DNA from: Octopus vulgaris
Taxonomy: Eukaryota
DNA: 64,000 nucleotides
Reading direction: 5' to 3'
Assembly (NCBI GenBank): GCA_951406725.2
Contig: OX597822.1
Location: 52,638,001 to 52,702,000 of the forward strand
The position numbers were made by a program, and so were the translations under genes. Under the pieces are notes generated by a model. That model did not search any database. It was not told the origin of the DNA and saw nothing but the letters and a program-made list of their open reading frames with translations. Shown here one piece after another: positions 63,581-64,000 of this stretch (positions within the stretch are counted from its first letter, which is position 1; each line of letters opens with the position of its first letter).

Positions 63581-64000
63581 TATACATAAAAAGACAGACA
63601 GAGAGAGAGAGAGAGAGGGAGGAAGCGAGAGAGACCGCTGATGCACTGGTTTTGCGTTTGGGGTACTGACTTTCCTTATTCTATAACCAAATTTGAACTT
63701 TTCTTTTGGTCAAATTCCATGCCTATCTCAGCTGAAAAGGTTATTAATTCCAGTTGTTTTTAAGCATTGTTCACACTTTTAGCATAAATCTTCAGGTCGT
63801 CTACAAAGAAATTGAGTTACATTGATATGGTAGGTGAGTACATATGTTTGTATGTATAAAATACAGTGTACATCTAAACACAATAAGAGGTGTCCATCAT
63901 TGGACTGCCTCACGCTAGAAGGAACAGCTAAAGTCCAAACCACTAATTGGGGATAAAGTCTCGAAGGGAATGAAAAATAAAAACATTTACCATCTATTTC

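Noticed and set aside
59100-64000. Terminal PCCA exon (expected about 22 aa, VK.V...G..V..G..L.ELE-like)
   Set aside because: Candidate acceptors near 60896 and 63795 give unrelated peptides; the exon probably lies beyond the window.

Overview
AT-rich, repeat-dense eukaryotic genomic DNA, most likely from an octopus (inferred from abundant tRNA-derived SINEs resembling the Octopus OK/OR families). One + strand gene spans almost the whole window: mitochondrial propionyl-CoA carboxylase alpha chain (PCCA). I traced 21 coding exons from 8688 to 59095 with consistent GT-AG phases, plus a tentative first exon (401-568) in a CpG-rich, NRF1-motif promoter. The last exon was not found and probably lies beyond 64000. 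Introns are filled with SINEs, RTE and CR1-group LINE fragments, mariner/pogo/hAT/piggyBac relics and MITEs, non-autonomous Helitrons, a solo LTR, a gypsy relic and a 23-bp minisatellite. The most unusual signals are RNA-structural: four Penelope-type minimal hammerhead ribozyme motifs in three unrelated elements, a pair of HDV-like ribozyme candidates with a compensatory base change, and an unidentified 289-bp six-hairpin insertion flanked by an 18-bp direct repeat. All coordinates were read by eye; repeat boundaries are approximate.
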